This document shows, piece by piece, positions 53,809 to 62,829 of a stretch of 64,000 nucleotides of DNA. How positions within the stretch are numbered: the stretch's first letter is position 1; every line of letters begins with the position of its first letter. The DNA is taken from positions 1 through 64,000 of IMG/VR virus record IMGVR_UViG_3300017991_000096; one strand, written 5' to 3'. Source of the DNA: a virus. A program made the position numbers and the translations under genes. The notes under the pieces are model-generated. The model ran no database searches and had not been told where the DNA came from. It saw only the letters and a program-made list of their open reading frames with translations.

Positions 53809-54293
53809 AAGCAGTAACTACACTCCTGGTCATCCTTTCCCTAGCTCTACCCATCCAGGTGCCCCCTCGGATGGCGGCTCACATCGTGACCGCGGCTGTT
53901 GGTCGTCCTGACCTTGCCGACGATCTCATCGCCATCTGCCGCCGCGAGTCTCGATGCCAAGCCATCGGAGCGCACAGCGGTGACGCCCACATCTCTCCCC
54001 GTGAATACTGGGGGCAGGTGAGGCTCGGGCACTTGAACCGAACCTGTCAGCCCTACGTGCCGAACGGGTGGGCTACTCGCGGCGCGTTCGGGCTCTCCGC
54101 TGGCGCGCACTGGAAGTACATGCCCCTCTGCTACCGCCCCGAGTGGTTCGACTATCCACTCGTCTCCGCAGCCATCTCGCTCAAGAAGTACCTCGGCTGC
54201 GAGGCCCGCCGCCACCACCGTGGATGGTGCAGAACCCCCACTGCGGTGCGTAAAAACAACATCAGACGCCGAACTAGACGCCAGGCAAGCTAG
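53805..54293 (+). CDS. Secreted lysozyme/transglycosylase-like protein
   Basis: N-terminal signal or TM segment; LIAICRRES catalytic-Glu motif; RGAFGL. Confidence 0.5.
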   Translation: MKAVTTLLVILSLALPIQVPPRMAAHIVTAAVGRPDLADDLIAICRRESRCQAIGAHSGDAHISPREYWGQVRLGHLNRTCQPYVPNGWATRGAFGLSAGAHWKYMPLCYRPEWFDYPLVSAAISLKKYLGCEARRHHRGWCRTPTAVRKNNIRRRTRRQAS

Positions 54294-54349
54294 CCGGTAA
54301 CCTTGACCCACTCACCATTCGCCCGGTGCTCCGCACCACACCCGACCCC

Positions 54350-55189
54350 ATGAAGCTGACCAAGATCAAAGTCAAGAAGCCGTCGCACCGTCGCGTCCCG
54401 TTCGACTACGCCAAGGCTCGCAACTACGAGGTCATCGACCCGCCCGACGAGCCTCCGCCTTTCATCGCGCTGGAGTCCGAGATCGGCCCCGCCCTTGCCA
54501 AGTGCATGTACGAAGGGTGGAAGCCGTTTCGGACCCAGCCGCGACCGCAAGAGCCCCGAGCAAAGTTCGTCATCCACCCCTCGTCAGCCGGGGGCTGCCC
54601 ACGTCGTGCGGTGTTCTCGACCGTCGAGGCTCCCGACGATGGTGGGGCTCCAGACTCGAAGCTACAGCGCATCTTCGACGTGGGCCATTTCGGCCACGAG
54701 CGCATCCAGGGTTACCTGTTTGAGTGCTGGAGGCAGGGCCGCTTCCATCAGGTCTGGGAGGACGTGCGGCTCACCATCCCAGGGCTCCACGTCAGCGGTG
54801 AGCTAGACGCCATCGTCGCCACGAACCCGCACCACCGCTATCTGGTGGAGATCAAGACCGCCAGCCGCAAGAGCTTCGATGGTTTGGCAGGCCCCAAGGA
54901 TGAGTGGCTCGTTCAGAGCTACCTCTACATGGCCGCGACCAACCTACGCGCTGCGATCATCCTCGTGGAGTGCAAGGACTCTCAGCGCTTCAAGGAGTTC
55001 TACCTGCCCTGGGATCCGCTCATCTGGGCGGACATCGAGCAGCGGTTGCAGAACATCATCTACGCGATCGAGTGGGAGGAGCTACCCCAGGGTGACACCG
55101 ACCACTGCTACTTCTGTCCCTACCACAACGTCTGCGAAGATGAGTCGTTGCTGGACTGGGATACTATCCATGATGCCATGGGTTTCTAA
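54350..55189 (+). CDS. Cas4-like PD-(D/E)xK exonuclease (4Fe-4S)
   Basis: HPSSAGGCPR, GHFGH, SGELD, VEIKT, QSYLY, CYFCPYHNVC. Start could be 54326. Confidence 0.88.
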   Translation: MKLTKIKVKKPSHRRVPFDYAKARNYEVIDPPDEPPPFIALESEIGPALAKCMYEGWKPFRTQPRPQEPRAKFVIHPSSAGGCPRRAVFSTVEAPDDGGAPDSKLQRIFDVGHFGHERIQGYLFECWRQGRFHQVWEDVRLTIPGLHVSGELDAIVATNPHHRYLVEIKTASRKSFDGLAGPKDEWLVQSYLYMAATNLRAAIILVECKDSQRFKEFYLPWDPLIWADIEQRLQNIIYAIEWEELPQGDTDHCYFCPYHNVCEDESLLDWDTIHDAMGF

Positions 55190-55215
55190 CGACCCCACTA
55201 CGCCCCCACACGACC

Positions 55216-55743
55216 ATGCCGAGAATCAAAGTCAAGACCAAGGCCAAGAGTGAGAAACCCTCCCCTCACTCCCTCGCCCAACGGGTGCTGGAACACCAGC
55301 GCAAGAAGTTACGGCTATCCGACCCCAAACGTCCTCTCGACTCAGACGGCCAAGAGTTCATCCCTGCCCTGCCTCCCGACATCACCGAGCTAGACGACTC
55401 CTACCTGGGTCGCCTGCACGGACAGTTCGTCGCGTTCGCCAACTACGTGGAGCACTGCCTCGCGGTGGCCGACGTGGACGAACTGGAAGCCGAGGAGGAC
55501 GAGAAGGTCACCGCAGCAGAGGAGATTCTGCGGGTGTCCGACGAGGGACCGAACGCAGCATGGAGGAACGCGAGTGCGTTCCTTGAACCACGGGCCAAAG
55601 CCACGCGCAAAACCAAGCGGGAGCGCAAGGCGATGGTGAAGCTGTTGCAGGCACGACTGCACGGGTGTGAGCGCGCCATCAAGGTGCTCTCGCGCGAGCA
55701 GACGCGGAGGGAGACTGAGCGAGAGTGGAGAGATGCCGACTGA
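55216..55743 (+). CDS. UvsY-like recombination mediator (coiled coil)
   Basis: Helical with C-terminal LSREQTRR; near recA and the exonuclease. Confidence 0.45.
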   Translation: MPRIKVKTKAKSEKPSPHSLAQRVLEHQRKKLRLSDPKRPLDSDGQEFIPALPPDITELDDSYLGRLHGQFVAFANYVEHCLAVADVDELEAEEDEKVTAAEEILRVSDEGPNAAWRNASAFLEPRAKATRKTKRERKAMVKLLQARLHGCERAIKVLSREQTRRETEREWRDAD

Positions 55744-56047
55744 CACAATGGAAATACCCGTTTCGGGGAGCACAAACGCGAAACAACTAGCGGGTGCCAT
55801 CAGGGCTCGCTACAAGGAGAACCGCGACCTGTCCATCCATCTGGTAGCGATGGGGATCTCGGCCGTGAGCGCCTGCGTCAAGGGCGTGGTCGAGCTCAAC
55901 AAGCTGATGTCCAGCATGGGGTACTACGTCACGACGTTGCCAGCCATGGAGGACCGCATGGTGTCCGACCGCCGCAACCCTGACGGGGCCAGGGTGGAGC
56001 GCACCGTCACGATCCTCTACCTCACCTTGAACCGGCTCGGAGGTTGA
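55733..56047 (+). CDS. SpoVS-family (Alba-fold) protein
   Basis: VSGSTNAKQLAGAI...AMGISAVSACVKGV...LPAMED...ERT aligns with SpoVS VSAKS.PNSVAGAL...AIGAGALNQAVKA...IPAF.D...ERT. Confidence 0.8.
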   Translation: MPTDTMEIPVSGSTNAKQLAGAIRARYKENRDLSIHLVAMGISAVSACVKGVVELNKLMSSMGYYVTTLPAMEDRMVSDRRNPDGARVERTVTILYLTLNRLGG

Positions 56048-56048
56048 C

Positions 56049-56462
56049 GTGAGCGCGAGCGCACGAGGCCGCAACTCTCAACGCAAGGGCAAGCAGTTGC
56101 AGCACATCGTTGCGCGGATGCTTGGCTACGTCACAGGTCTGCCTGACGACTTCCTATCCAACCACGGCGGCAAGCAAGGTGAGGAGGACATCCGCCAGAG
56201 CACTGAGGCTCGGAAGCGGTGGCCGTTCCGCACCGAAACCAAGAACGCCAAGACACTAGGGTTACCAGCATGGATACGCAAACTCGACCAAGACGCAAAG
56301 GAAGCTGGGTCCTCCGAACCTGGCGTCATCATCTACAAGCTGTTTGGAACGAGTCGGCTCCGCGTGGACTTGGACTTCGAGGTCTTTCTCGACCTCATGT
56401 ACGGTCCACTCTCATCAAAACAGAAAGACAGGTTGAAGGACCTTGCGAGAGGAAAGAAGTGA
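56049..56462 (+). CDS. Second resolvase-like nuclease (T5 D14-like)
   Basis: RNSQRKGKQLQ...GEEDI...PFRTETKN. Confidence 0.7.
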   Translation: MSASARGRNSQRKGKQLQHIVARMLGYVTGLPDDFLSNHGGKQGEEDIRQSTEARKRWPFRTETKNAKTLGLPAWIRKLDQDAKEAGSSEPGVIIYKLFGTSRLRVDLDFEVFLDLMYGPLSSKQKDRLKDLARGKK

Positions 56463-57130
56463 TGACCAAAGACACACGTAGCGAAATCATGGAGAAGGTG
56501 GGATCCCAGGGTGACCTGACCAACCTGTCCGACCCCGAGGTGCGCAAGCTGTTCGACCCGGACGAGAAGCTGTCCGATGAGGAGGTGCGCGAGCGGGCCG
56601 ACAGGTTCCAGCAGGAGCGCAACAAGCAATCCATGGACACCCCGTTGACGGTGAGCGCACGCATGGGCATGGACGGTGGGGACATGCGCACCATCGGCCC
56701 CGGCGAGGGCCTGGACGACAAGGGTCAGATCATCCTGCTCGACCCCGCCAAGGCCGAGGCAGCAGCCGAGCGGTTCACCAACGCCGACCCACGCACTGCC
56801 AAGCAGTCCATGCGTCGCAGCGCCGCGCTACAGGACTTGGTGAACCATCTGTTCATCCGCGAGGAGCCTGGCCCCTCCGTCGTCCATCTGCCGCTGGAGA
56901 AGTGCCGCCAGCTTCACGAGGAGTACCAGCAAGCCAAGGCGGAAGGTTACCAAGACAACCAACTCGACTTCATCCCGCTGTCGGTCTACGCCGCCAAGCT
57001 CCAGCCCGAAGGCAAGAAGCCGATCCGCCACCTGATGCGCCACGAGTTCGGGGTCTTTCAGATGGCGTCGAACCCTGGCAGCCCCCTCGCCGGTCGCATC
57101 GTCTGCGTCTCGGATAAGGATCTCGGCTGA
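56462..57130 (+). CDS. Hypothetical protein
   Basis: TGATG overlaps at both ends. Confidence 0.7.
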   Translation: MTKDTRSEIMEKVGSQGDLTNLSDPEVRKLFDPDEKLSDEEVRERADRFQQERNKQSMDTPLTVSARMGMDGGDMRTIGPGEGLDDKGQIILLDPAKAEAAAERFTNADPRTAKQSMRRSAALQDLVNHLFIREEPGPSVVHLPLEKCRQLHEEYQQAKAEGYQDNQLDFIPLSVYAAKLQPEGKKPIRHLMRHEFGVFQMASNPGSPLAGRIVCVSDKDLG

Positions 57131-57525
57131 TGGCTCGACCGAAGCGCAGGAGTCGCCACGACTACGAACGCCAGCACTTCACGCACCGTCGAGGTCCGTT
57201 GGTGCTGGATGACAACTTCATCCGCCTCGAAACCATGATGGACGCCTTGCAGCAGTTCCTCGTGGAAGCTGGCGATGAGAAGTCTGTTTTCAACCTCGCC
57301 ACCCCCATCGACAACATCGAGGTACACTTCGCGCCCGACCCTCGGCAGGTGACCCTTGTGGTCAAATGTGAGCGTGGGCGCGGACAGCGGTTCGTTCACA
57401 ATGCCCCAGAGATCGAAGATGACGCCGACGAAGTGGATCTTGGAGAAGATGAACGGGAGTTCCCTGACGCTGGAGCCGAGTCAGGACAAGCTGTTCAGCC
57501 TGACCCTGACGGCGACGACCGCTGA
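57130..57525 (+). CDS. Hypothetical protein with acidic tail
   Basis: Overlap start; typical codon usage. Confidence 0.65.
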   Translation: MARPKRRSRHDYERQHFTHRRGPLVLDDNFIRLETMMDALQQFLVEAGDEKSVFNLATPIDNIEVHFAPDPRQVTLVVKCERGRGQRFVHNAPEIEDDADEVDLGEDEREFPDAGAESGQAVQPDPDGDDR

Positions 57526-57604
57526 TGGGGTAAGCGTTACCATCGAGTTGAGCGAGGCGCAGAGGGAGCTACTGCGCCTCGCCTTGAAGGAGGTTCAGCC
57601 ATGA
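57449..57604 (+). CDS. Small hypothetical protein coupled to queD
   Basis: GGAG RBS; ATGA overlap with queD. Confidence 0.4.
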   Translation: MNGSSLTLEPSQDKLFSLTLTATTADGVSVTIELSEAQRELLRLALKEVQP

Positions 57605-58149
57605 CGGATGCGAACTACACCCTGATCTTCACCCGCCGGTTTGAGGCGGCGCATCGGTTTCTCATGGCCGACGCCCCGCGCTGCCGCAGCATCCACGGGC
57701 ACACATGGTCGATCACTGCCAGGATCCACCACCGTCTCGAAGTGCAGCCGCCCCTGTACCCGTCCTCCATGGTGGCCGAGTTCTCCAAGACGAAGAAGGC
57801 ATGGCACCGTTGGGTGGATCAACACCTCGACCACACGCTCATGCTCAACGAATCGGACCCGCTCATCTGGTGGTTCCAATCCAACGCGCCCTACCAGCGC
57901 CTCGTGACCTGCCCAGGTGACCCGACGACTGAGCTACTGGCTGCGCTGCTGCTCTGCAAGGTCAACGCCTTCCTGAGAGCCAGCGACGAGGACGGTCTGA
58001 TGTGCCACGAGCTCCAGATCCAAGAGACGCCCACGAACGCGGTGAGCATCATCTGCCCCTGGGTTCCTGCGGGCCTCGACAAGACCGACGCCGTCTGGTG
58101 GAACCGCGCCGACGACAGCACGCACGATCTCGCCAAGTCTGATGACTGA
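57601..58149 (+). CDS. queD: 6-carboxy-5,6,7,8-tetrahydropterin synthase
   Basis: [35 protein letters not shown]. Confidence 0.92.
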   Translation: MTDANYTLIFTRRFEAAHRFLMADAPRCRSIHGHTWSITARIHHRLEVQPPLYPSSMVAEFSKTKKAWHRWVDQHLDHTLMLNESDPLIWWFQSNAPYQRLVTCPGDPTTELLAALLLCKVNAFLRASDEDGLMCHELQIQETPTNAVSIICPWVPAGLDKTDAVWWNRADDSTHDLAKSDD

Positions 58150-58891
58150 CCTACGCATCGTCAAAGACGGTCTGTTTGAGACTGTCCAGGGAGAGGGGTT
58201 CCTCGCTGGCACCCCCTCCCTGTTCCTTCGCACTGCCGGCTGCAACCTTCGATGCGCGTGGTGTGACACGCCCGAGAGCCTGCCCGACTACGATCTGCGG
58301 CTCCGGGTCTTTCAGCCCAAGCCCACGTTCAACGCCATCGAGGTGGATACTGAGATGCTGAGCCTCGCCATCGAGGCATCCATCGGCAGGGGTTTCCACC
58401 ACGTCGTCGTGACCGGCGGAGAGCCGACACTACAGCAGGGTGCTCTGCTGCGTCTGTTCGGGCCCCTGCGGAAGCACGGGCACATGCACGTCACCATGGA
58501 GACGAACTGCGAGGTGCCTCCGAGCCCCGAGCTACGTCAGGTCGTGGACCTTGCCAGCCTCAGCCCGAAGCTGCATCGGTGGAAAACCACACAAGGAGCC
58601 GAGCGCATCGTCAGCGCCTACGAGGAGTGGGCTGCCATCCAGCACGTACAACTCAAGGTCGTCGCCGGCAGCATCGAGGAGGTTCGCAACGCCGTCGAAC
58701 TGATCCGCGCACTCCGTAAGGTTGGGCGTATCAAGCCCATCTGGGCCGCTGTCCAGCTAGAGGACTCATGGGTCGAGAAGGGCGCGTTCTTCGACGCGGA
58801 CGAAGAGGTCGTGCGCAGCATATCCAGCTACCTCGGACGGCACAACATCCGTCTGGTCGTCCAACAGCACAAGGTGATGAGGATTCTCTGA
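58142..58891 (+). CDS. queE: 7-carboxy-7-deazaguanine synthase (radical SAM)
   Basis: [39 protein letters not shown]. Confidence 0.93.
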   Translation: MTDLRIVKDGLFETVQGEGFLAGTPSLFLRTAGCNLRCAWCDTPESLPDYDLRLRVFQPKPTFNAIEVDTEMLSLAIEASIGRGFHHVVVTGGEPTLQQGALLRLFGPLRKHGHMHVTMETNCEVPPSPELRQVVDLASLSPKLHRWKTTQGAERIVSAYEEWAAIQHVQLKVVAGSIEEVRNAVELIRALRKVGRIKPIWAAVQLEDSWVEKGAFFDADEEVVRSISSYLGRHNIRLVVQQHKVMRIL

Positions 58892-59535
58892 TGGCACGTA
58901 CAGGTAGACCACCCATCCCGCCCGAGGAGAAGGCGCAGCGCAAGATCGAGGAGTACATGGGCAAGGTCATCGACCTGCTCATGGAACTGGGCAACGTGAG
59001 CGAGGAGGAGCGCGAGTTCCTCGACCTGACCGAGACGCCTCGCCGCGTGGCGAAGATGTGGGTCCGAGAGACGCTCAGCTACCCGGATCAGCCAGAGGTC
59101 CACCTGACCGAGATGGACAAGGAAGGCGACGTGGTGTGCCTTGGCCCCATCGGCTTCGCCTCGACGTGCGCGCACCATCTCATGCCCTTCACGGGTCACG
59201 TCTGGATCGCCTACCTGGCCGACACGAAGTTGCTCGGGCTATCGAAGTTCACTCGCATCGTCAAGGCCCATAGCAAGCGGCTGCACCTGCAAGAGAAGTT
59301 GACCAGAGACGTTCTGGACACGCTGGTGGAGCATCTGGAGCCTCGCGCCATGCTCGTGGTCATGCGGGCTGGGCACGGCTGCGTGGCTTGTCGGGGCGTA
59401 GAGGATGCGACCCAGCGCACGGTGACGGCTGCCGTCCACCTGCCCGACAGTGATATAGTGAACAACGGCCGCCTGACCGAAGAACTGTACCGAGTCGTGG
59501 GCATGGCGGGCGGCCCGTCTGTCGCTTCTTACTAA
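58891..59535 (+). CDS. folE: GTP cyclohydrolase I
   Basis: ETPRRVAK, STCAHHLMPF, LGLSK, RLHLQEKLT, HGCVACRGV. Confidence 0.93.
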   Translation: MARTGRPPIPPEEKAQRKIEEYMGKVIDLLMELGNVSEEEREFLDLTETPRRVAKMWVRETLSYPDQPEVHLTEMDKEGDVVCLGPIGFASTCAHHLMPFTGHVWIAYLADTKLLGLSKFTRIVKAHSKRLHLQEKLTRDVLDTLVEHLEPRAMLVVMRAGHGCVACRGVEDATQRTVTAAVHLPDSDIVNNGRLTEELYRVVGMAGGPSVASY

Positions 59536-59546
59536 CCCATACTGGC

Positions 59547-59575
59547 TTGATGGTCCTACGGGACCGTGAGAGAAT
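59547..59575 (+). promoter_or_regulatory. Candidate promoter with a cUACGg hairpin overlapping the spacer
   Basis: TTGATG-N17-GAGAAT with TGn extension; GGTCC-TACG-GGACC inside. Confidence 0.4.
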
Positions 59576-59618
59576 GGCTATCCACGAGGAGCGCCGCGCT
59601 CTCGCCCCACCTTCAACC

Positions 59619-59654
59619 AGGGGTCCTCAGCGAAAGTGCTGAGGGCCTCTTTTT
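59619..59654 (+). terminator. Intrinsic terminator
   Basis: AGGGGTCCTCAGC-GAAAGT-GCTGAGGGCCTCT followed by TTTT. Confidence 0.85.
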
Positions 59655-59672
59655 CGTCCCCAGGAGAACACA

Positions 59673-60206
59673 GTGGCAAAGAACGACCAAATCAACATCA
59701 CCCTGTCCAAGTCCGCCCTTCTCGCCCGAGCCAAGGAGTTGCGCCAGCAAGCCAACGACGCCATCGGGCTCGCCGTCAGGCTGGAGGAGTGGGCCCAGAA
59801 GGGCAAGGCAGCCGAGCCCGAGGCTAAGGCCAAGGGTAAGAAAACCAAGGGCTCGAAGGGCAAGCCGGCCAAGGCACCCGAGCCGGAAGTGACCACCCCC
59901 GAAGGTGGCTACAGCCCCGACGATCTCAAGGGCATGGCCCGCAAGGAGTTGGCCGCCGTCTACAAGGCTCTCGGTGGCGACCCGAAGGGCCTGCTCATGC
60001 CCGACCTTCGCACCCGCATCATGGAGGCCCAGGAGAGCGGTGGCTACGAGCGCTCCGACGCCGAGGAGTGCGACATCACTGGCGAGGAAGGCCCTACGTG
60101 GTCTGTCGAGCACGACGGTGAGACGTGGAGCGTGGGCGCCGACATCATCGAAGCACTCAAGGATGGTCACGCCATGGCGGACCTGATCGAGAACGGCGGC
60201 GTCTAG
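59673..60206 (+). CDS. Lys-rich protein with HeH (Rho-N/SAP-like) domain
   Basis: AGGAG RBS; LKGMARKELAAVYKALG...MPDLRTRIMEAQ. Confidence 0.7.
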   Translation: MAKNDQINITLSKSALLARAKELRQQANDAIGLAVRLEEWAQKGKAAEPEAKAKGKKTKGSKGKPAKAPEPEVTTPEGGYSPDDLKGMARKELAAVYKALGGDPKGLLMPDLRTRIMEAQESGGYERSDAEECDITGEEGPTWSVEHDGETWSVGADIIEALKDGHAMADLIENGGV

Positions 60207-60268
60207 CTGCGCAGAGCCCAGAACGCCAGATCGGCCCTACGCCGTCAATATCGGCCATTTACGGGCAC

Positions 60269-60297
60269 TTGACAGGGCCGGCATACTATGATAGTAT
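60269..60297 (+). promoter_or_regulatory. Near-consensus sigma70 promoter
   Basis: TTGACA-N17-TAGTAT with extended TGn, in an AT-richer intergenic gap. Confidence 0.8.
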
Positions 60298-60353
60298 GTT
60301 GCCCCTCTCGAAAAACGCCCCAAACGGGGCTAGGAAGGCAAAAGAGTAGAACA

Positions 60354-61202
60354 ATGAGTCAAGCAGCACAGCTACGCGACGCCATCAGGGAAGGCAATCA
60401 GCCCTTGGTGTCCGCCATTCACGATCTGATCGCCCACATGAAGAACGGGGTCAACGGCAAGGCGCACAGCACTGTCGAGCGCCCCGCCTGGAAGCCCAAC
60501 GAGTGCGACGCCGAGTGCGAACTCACCGGCTGGCCTGTCCCCTCCGCGTCCCTGGAGGACGTGGACGGGTGGCAGCTTCACCCCGGAGCGGCGCGCTACC
60601 TCCGAGAGCACGGGCACAAGCCCGAGGAGGAGCCCGAGGTCCCCGAGAAGTACAACAGCATCCCGCGGATCCTCGTCCCCGCGGCCAAGGCCAAGAAGGG
60701 TGCCAAGCTGCGCTGGGAGTTGGAGGATCTCCCGCACATGACCCGGCCCGAGCTATACATGGCGGCGGCCGACGTGTCCCTCAACAAGCAGGCCAAGGCG
60801 GTCGGCATCGACTACCGCATGGAGAAGTCGGAATGGCTCGTCGCTGCCATCGCCAGCGTCCACCAGGGCAACGGGGTGCCTGCGCCCGCGGATGAGCGGA
60901 ACATCGGCCGGTACAAGCCCGACGACGCGCTGCCTGCCGAGCCGAAGGCCGAGGAGGTCGCCAAGCCGAAGAAGGGCAAGCCGAAGAAGGCGGCCAAGAA
61001 GTCGAAGCCGGCTCTGTCGCCCAAGGCAGAGAAGGCCAAGGCCAACATCGAGGGTCTGCCTGACGGGCAGTTCAGGGCCCTGCAAGCCATCAACGCTGGC
61101 GAGAGTGCCCGCAAGCGCGATGTCGAGCGGCTCATGGAGAAGGGTCTGCTCACCAGCACTGGCAAGGTGCCGAAGCACGTTGCGGAGGCGTTGGGGGCGT
61201 AG
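60354..61202 (+). CDS. Early-type protein with HeH-like domain, Lys-rich linker and wHTH-like end
   Basis: ATG 60354 lies downstream of the promoter; LPHMTRPEL...WLVAAIA. Confidence 0.7.
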   Translation: MSQAAQLRDAIREGNQPLVSAIHDLIAHMKNGVNGKAHSTVERPAWKPNECDAECELTGWPVPSASLEDVDGWQLHPGAARYLREHGHKPEEEPEVPEKYNSIPRILVPAAKAKKGAKLRWELEDLPHMTRPELYMAAADVSLNKQAKAVGIDYRMEKSEWLVAAIASVHQGNGVPAPADERNIGRYKPDDALPAEPKAEEVAKPKKGKPKKAAKKSKPALSPKAEKAKANIEGLPDGQFRALQAINAGESARKRDVERLMEKGLLTSTGKVPKHVAEALGA

Positions 61203-61205
61203 ATA

Positions 61206-61535
61206 GTGGCGCTCAAAGGGAAGCCGAAGCCAGGCAAGCGTCCTGGTATGAAGGGTAAGCCCAAGCCGAAGCGCAAGGGCAACCCCAAAGGCAAGTCCAA
61301 GCCACCTACACCGAAGCGGGCCGAGCCCGTGGATAAGCCTTGGCACGACAACGCGGACGAGTACATCAAGTCCCTTCTCGCCAAGGCGACACTAGAGGAG
61401 CTATCCGCCCTGGAGTACGTGATTCAGGACCGGAGCGCTCTGGACCCTCGCAGGGGTCGCAACCGCATCACATGGCACATCGTCACAACGCAGATCGCAA
61501 GGGAGCAAGTCAAGCGTGACCCCTTCCAAACGTGA
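61206..61535 (+). CDS. Basic K/P/G-rich hypothetical protein
   Basis: KGKPKP repeats; GGAGG upstream. Confidence 0.65.
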   Translation: MALKGKPKPGKRPGMKGKPKPKRKGNPKGKSKPPTPKRAEPVDKPWHDNADEYIKSLLAKATLEELSALEYVIQDRSALDPRRGRNRITWHIVTTQIAREQVKRDPFQT

Positions 61536-61836
61536 GCGTCTGCACCTGGCCGAAGTCAACGACAACGGGGGCCCATGGTTCCTCTGCGTCAGCGCCCGCT
61601 ACCAAGTGCATCATCTGAACGCCATGTTTTCCCGTGGAGAAATGCCGCGGGCGCTCGTGGACACCGTAGGAGGCATCCTTGGTGACACCACGATCTACCG
61701 AGGAGCGAGGCGCCTGTATATGCAGGTCCACCTCGCCCTGTCACACCACAAACTCTGGCAGGTCGAAGCGGCTCTGTCAGATCTTCACATCACAACGATC
61801 GAGTGTCTCTACACTCGCCCAACCCGGAACATCTGA
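61516..61836 (+). CDS. Hypothetical protein
   Basis: GGGAG RBS; fills the gap. Confidence 0.5.
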   Translation: MTPSKRERLHLAEVNDNGGPWFLCVSARYQVHHLNAMFSRGEMPRALVDTVGGILGDTTIYRGARRLYMQVHLALSHHKLWQVEAALSDLHITTIECLYTRPTRNI

Positions 61837-61848
61837 ACGGAAAAGTAC

Positions 61849-62307
61849 ATGGCAAAGACCAAGGGAAGCCCCAAGCAGGGCAAGTTGAAGAAGGCGCTCG
61901 CGCGCTACGAGGCAGCCTCCGCTGCGCTCACGGAGTTCAAGGCCAAGCACAAGAAGGTGCTCGCTGCGCTCCGCGAACTGGAGGCCGAACAGGGCGACGC
62001 TCTCGATGAGGTCAAGACGGAGGCCCAGGCAGCTAGCTCTCTCAAGAAGTTGGGCGAGCAGTCGCTCATCACGGGGGAGCGCTTCCTCGTGACCAACATC
62101 ATCACCCGCCCGCGGGAGGTGGATTTCAAGGCCCTCACCGAAGCCTGCCCCGAGGTCATCACCTGGCCCGACATCGCCAGGGTGAACCTCAAGCACTTCG
62201 ATGCTGCTGTCTCTGCCGGCATCGTCGATCCCGACACGGCAGGCCAGGTCGTCACGCCTGGCAAGCCCCGTCACAAGGTCGTCCTCAAGCCCCTCGCAGA
62301 CGCATGA
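61849..62307 (+). CDS. Hypothetical coiled-coil phage protein
   Basis: Strong codon bias; ATGA overlap with the next gene. Confidence 0.75.
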   Translation: MAKTKGSPKQGKLKKALARYEAASAALTEFKAKHKKVLAALRELEAEQGDALDEVKTEAQAASSLKKLGEQSLITGERFLVTNIITRPREVDFKALTEACPEVITWPDIARVNLKHFDAAVSAGIVDPDTAGQVVTPGKPRHKVVLKPLADA

Positions 62308-62819
62308 AAACGGCACTCACGGTTTTCGGCGTCGCCCGTGACATCTACGGGCGCGAGTGGGAGGAGCATCGCCTGTTCTTCTATGACGACCAGGCGCTTG
62401 GTCCCAACCCCATCACCCGCTATTCCCCCATCCGGGGGATGATGCGGATCGCCAAGCGAGGTACTGACCTTGCTATGCCCTACGTCCGCCTCGTGGCAGC
62501 ACTGGGTCCGAAGGGCAAGGACATTCCCGTTCGCAAGTTGTATAGCTTTGTGAACGCCTACGGCGACAGCGTCGATGTCTACAAGGTGGACGGCTACGAG
62601 GTCCACGACGTTGGCAACGGCCACAACCGCCAAATGTTCATTCACGACCGCGATGGTGGCGTCGCGGGCTACTACTACTCCGCCGATCACCAGGCGGTCT
62701 ACGAAGCACTCGACCGGGCTTGCAGCGCCCTGGTTCGCGTAGAAGATGATCTGATCGCTGCGTTCCTGGCCCATGCGGCCGAAGTCATCAACCTCAACAC
62801 CAACAGCAACAACGAGTAG
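62304..62819 (+). CDS. Hypothetical protein
   Basis: ATGA overlap. Confidence 0.7.
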   Translation: MKTALTVFGVARDIYGREWEEHRLFFYDDQALGPNPITRYSPIRGMMRIAKRGTDLAMPYVRLVAALGPKGKDIPVRKLYSFVNAYGDSVDVYKVDGYEVHDVGNGHNRQMFIHDRDGGVAGYYYSADHQAVYEALDRACSALVRVEDDLIAAFLAHAAEVINLNTNSNNE

Positions 62820-62829
62820 GAAACACATC

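Noticed and set aside
54350-55189. CRISPR-Cas system
   Set aside because: Only a solo Cas4-like exonuclease, which is common in phages. No array or other cas genes were seen.
59536-59672. preQ1 riboswitch near the que genes
   Set aside because: It lies downstream of the operon and lacks the consensus stem and A-rich tail.
3565-61206. TAG reassignment or readthrough, suggested by many in-frame TAG-then-start junctions (3567, 4186, 20160, 26543, 61202)
   Set aside because: The same stop-NNN-ATG spacing occurs after TAA and TGA (10775, 11117, 15360, 33195, 48886), conserved genes are not interrupted by TAG, and TAG TAG ends the 62830 gene.
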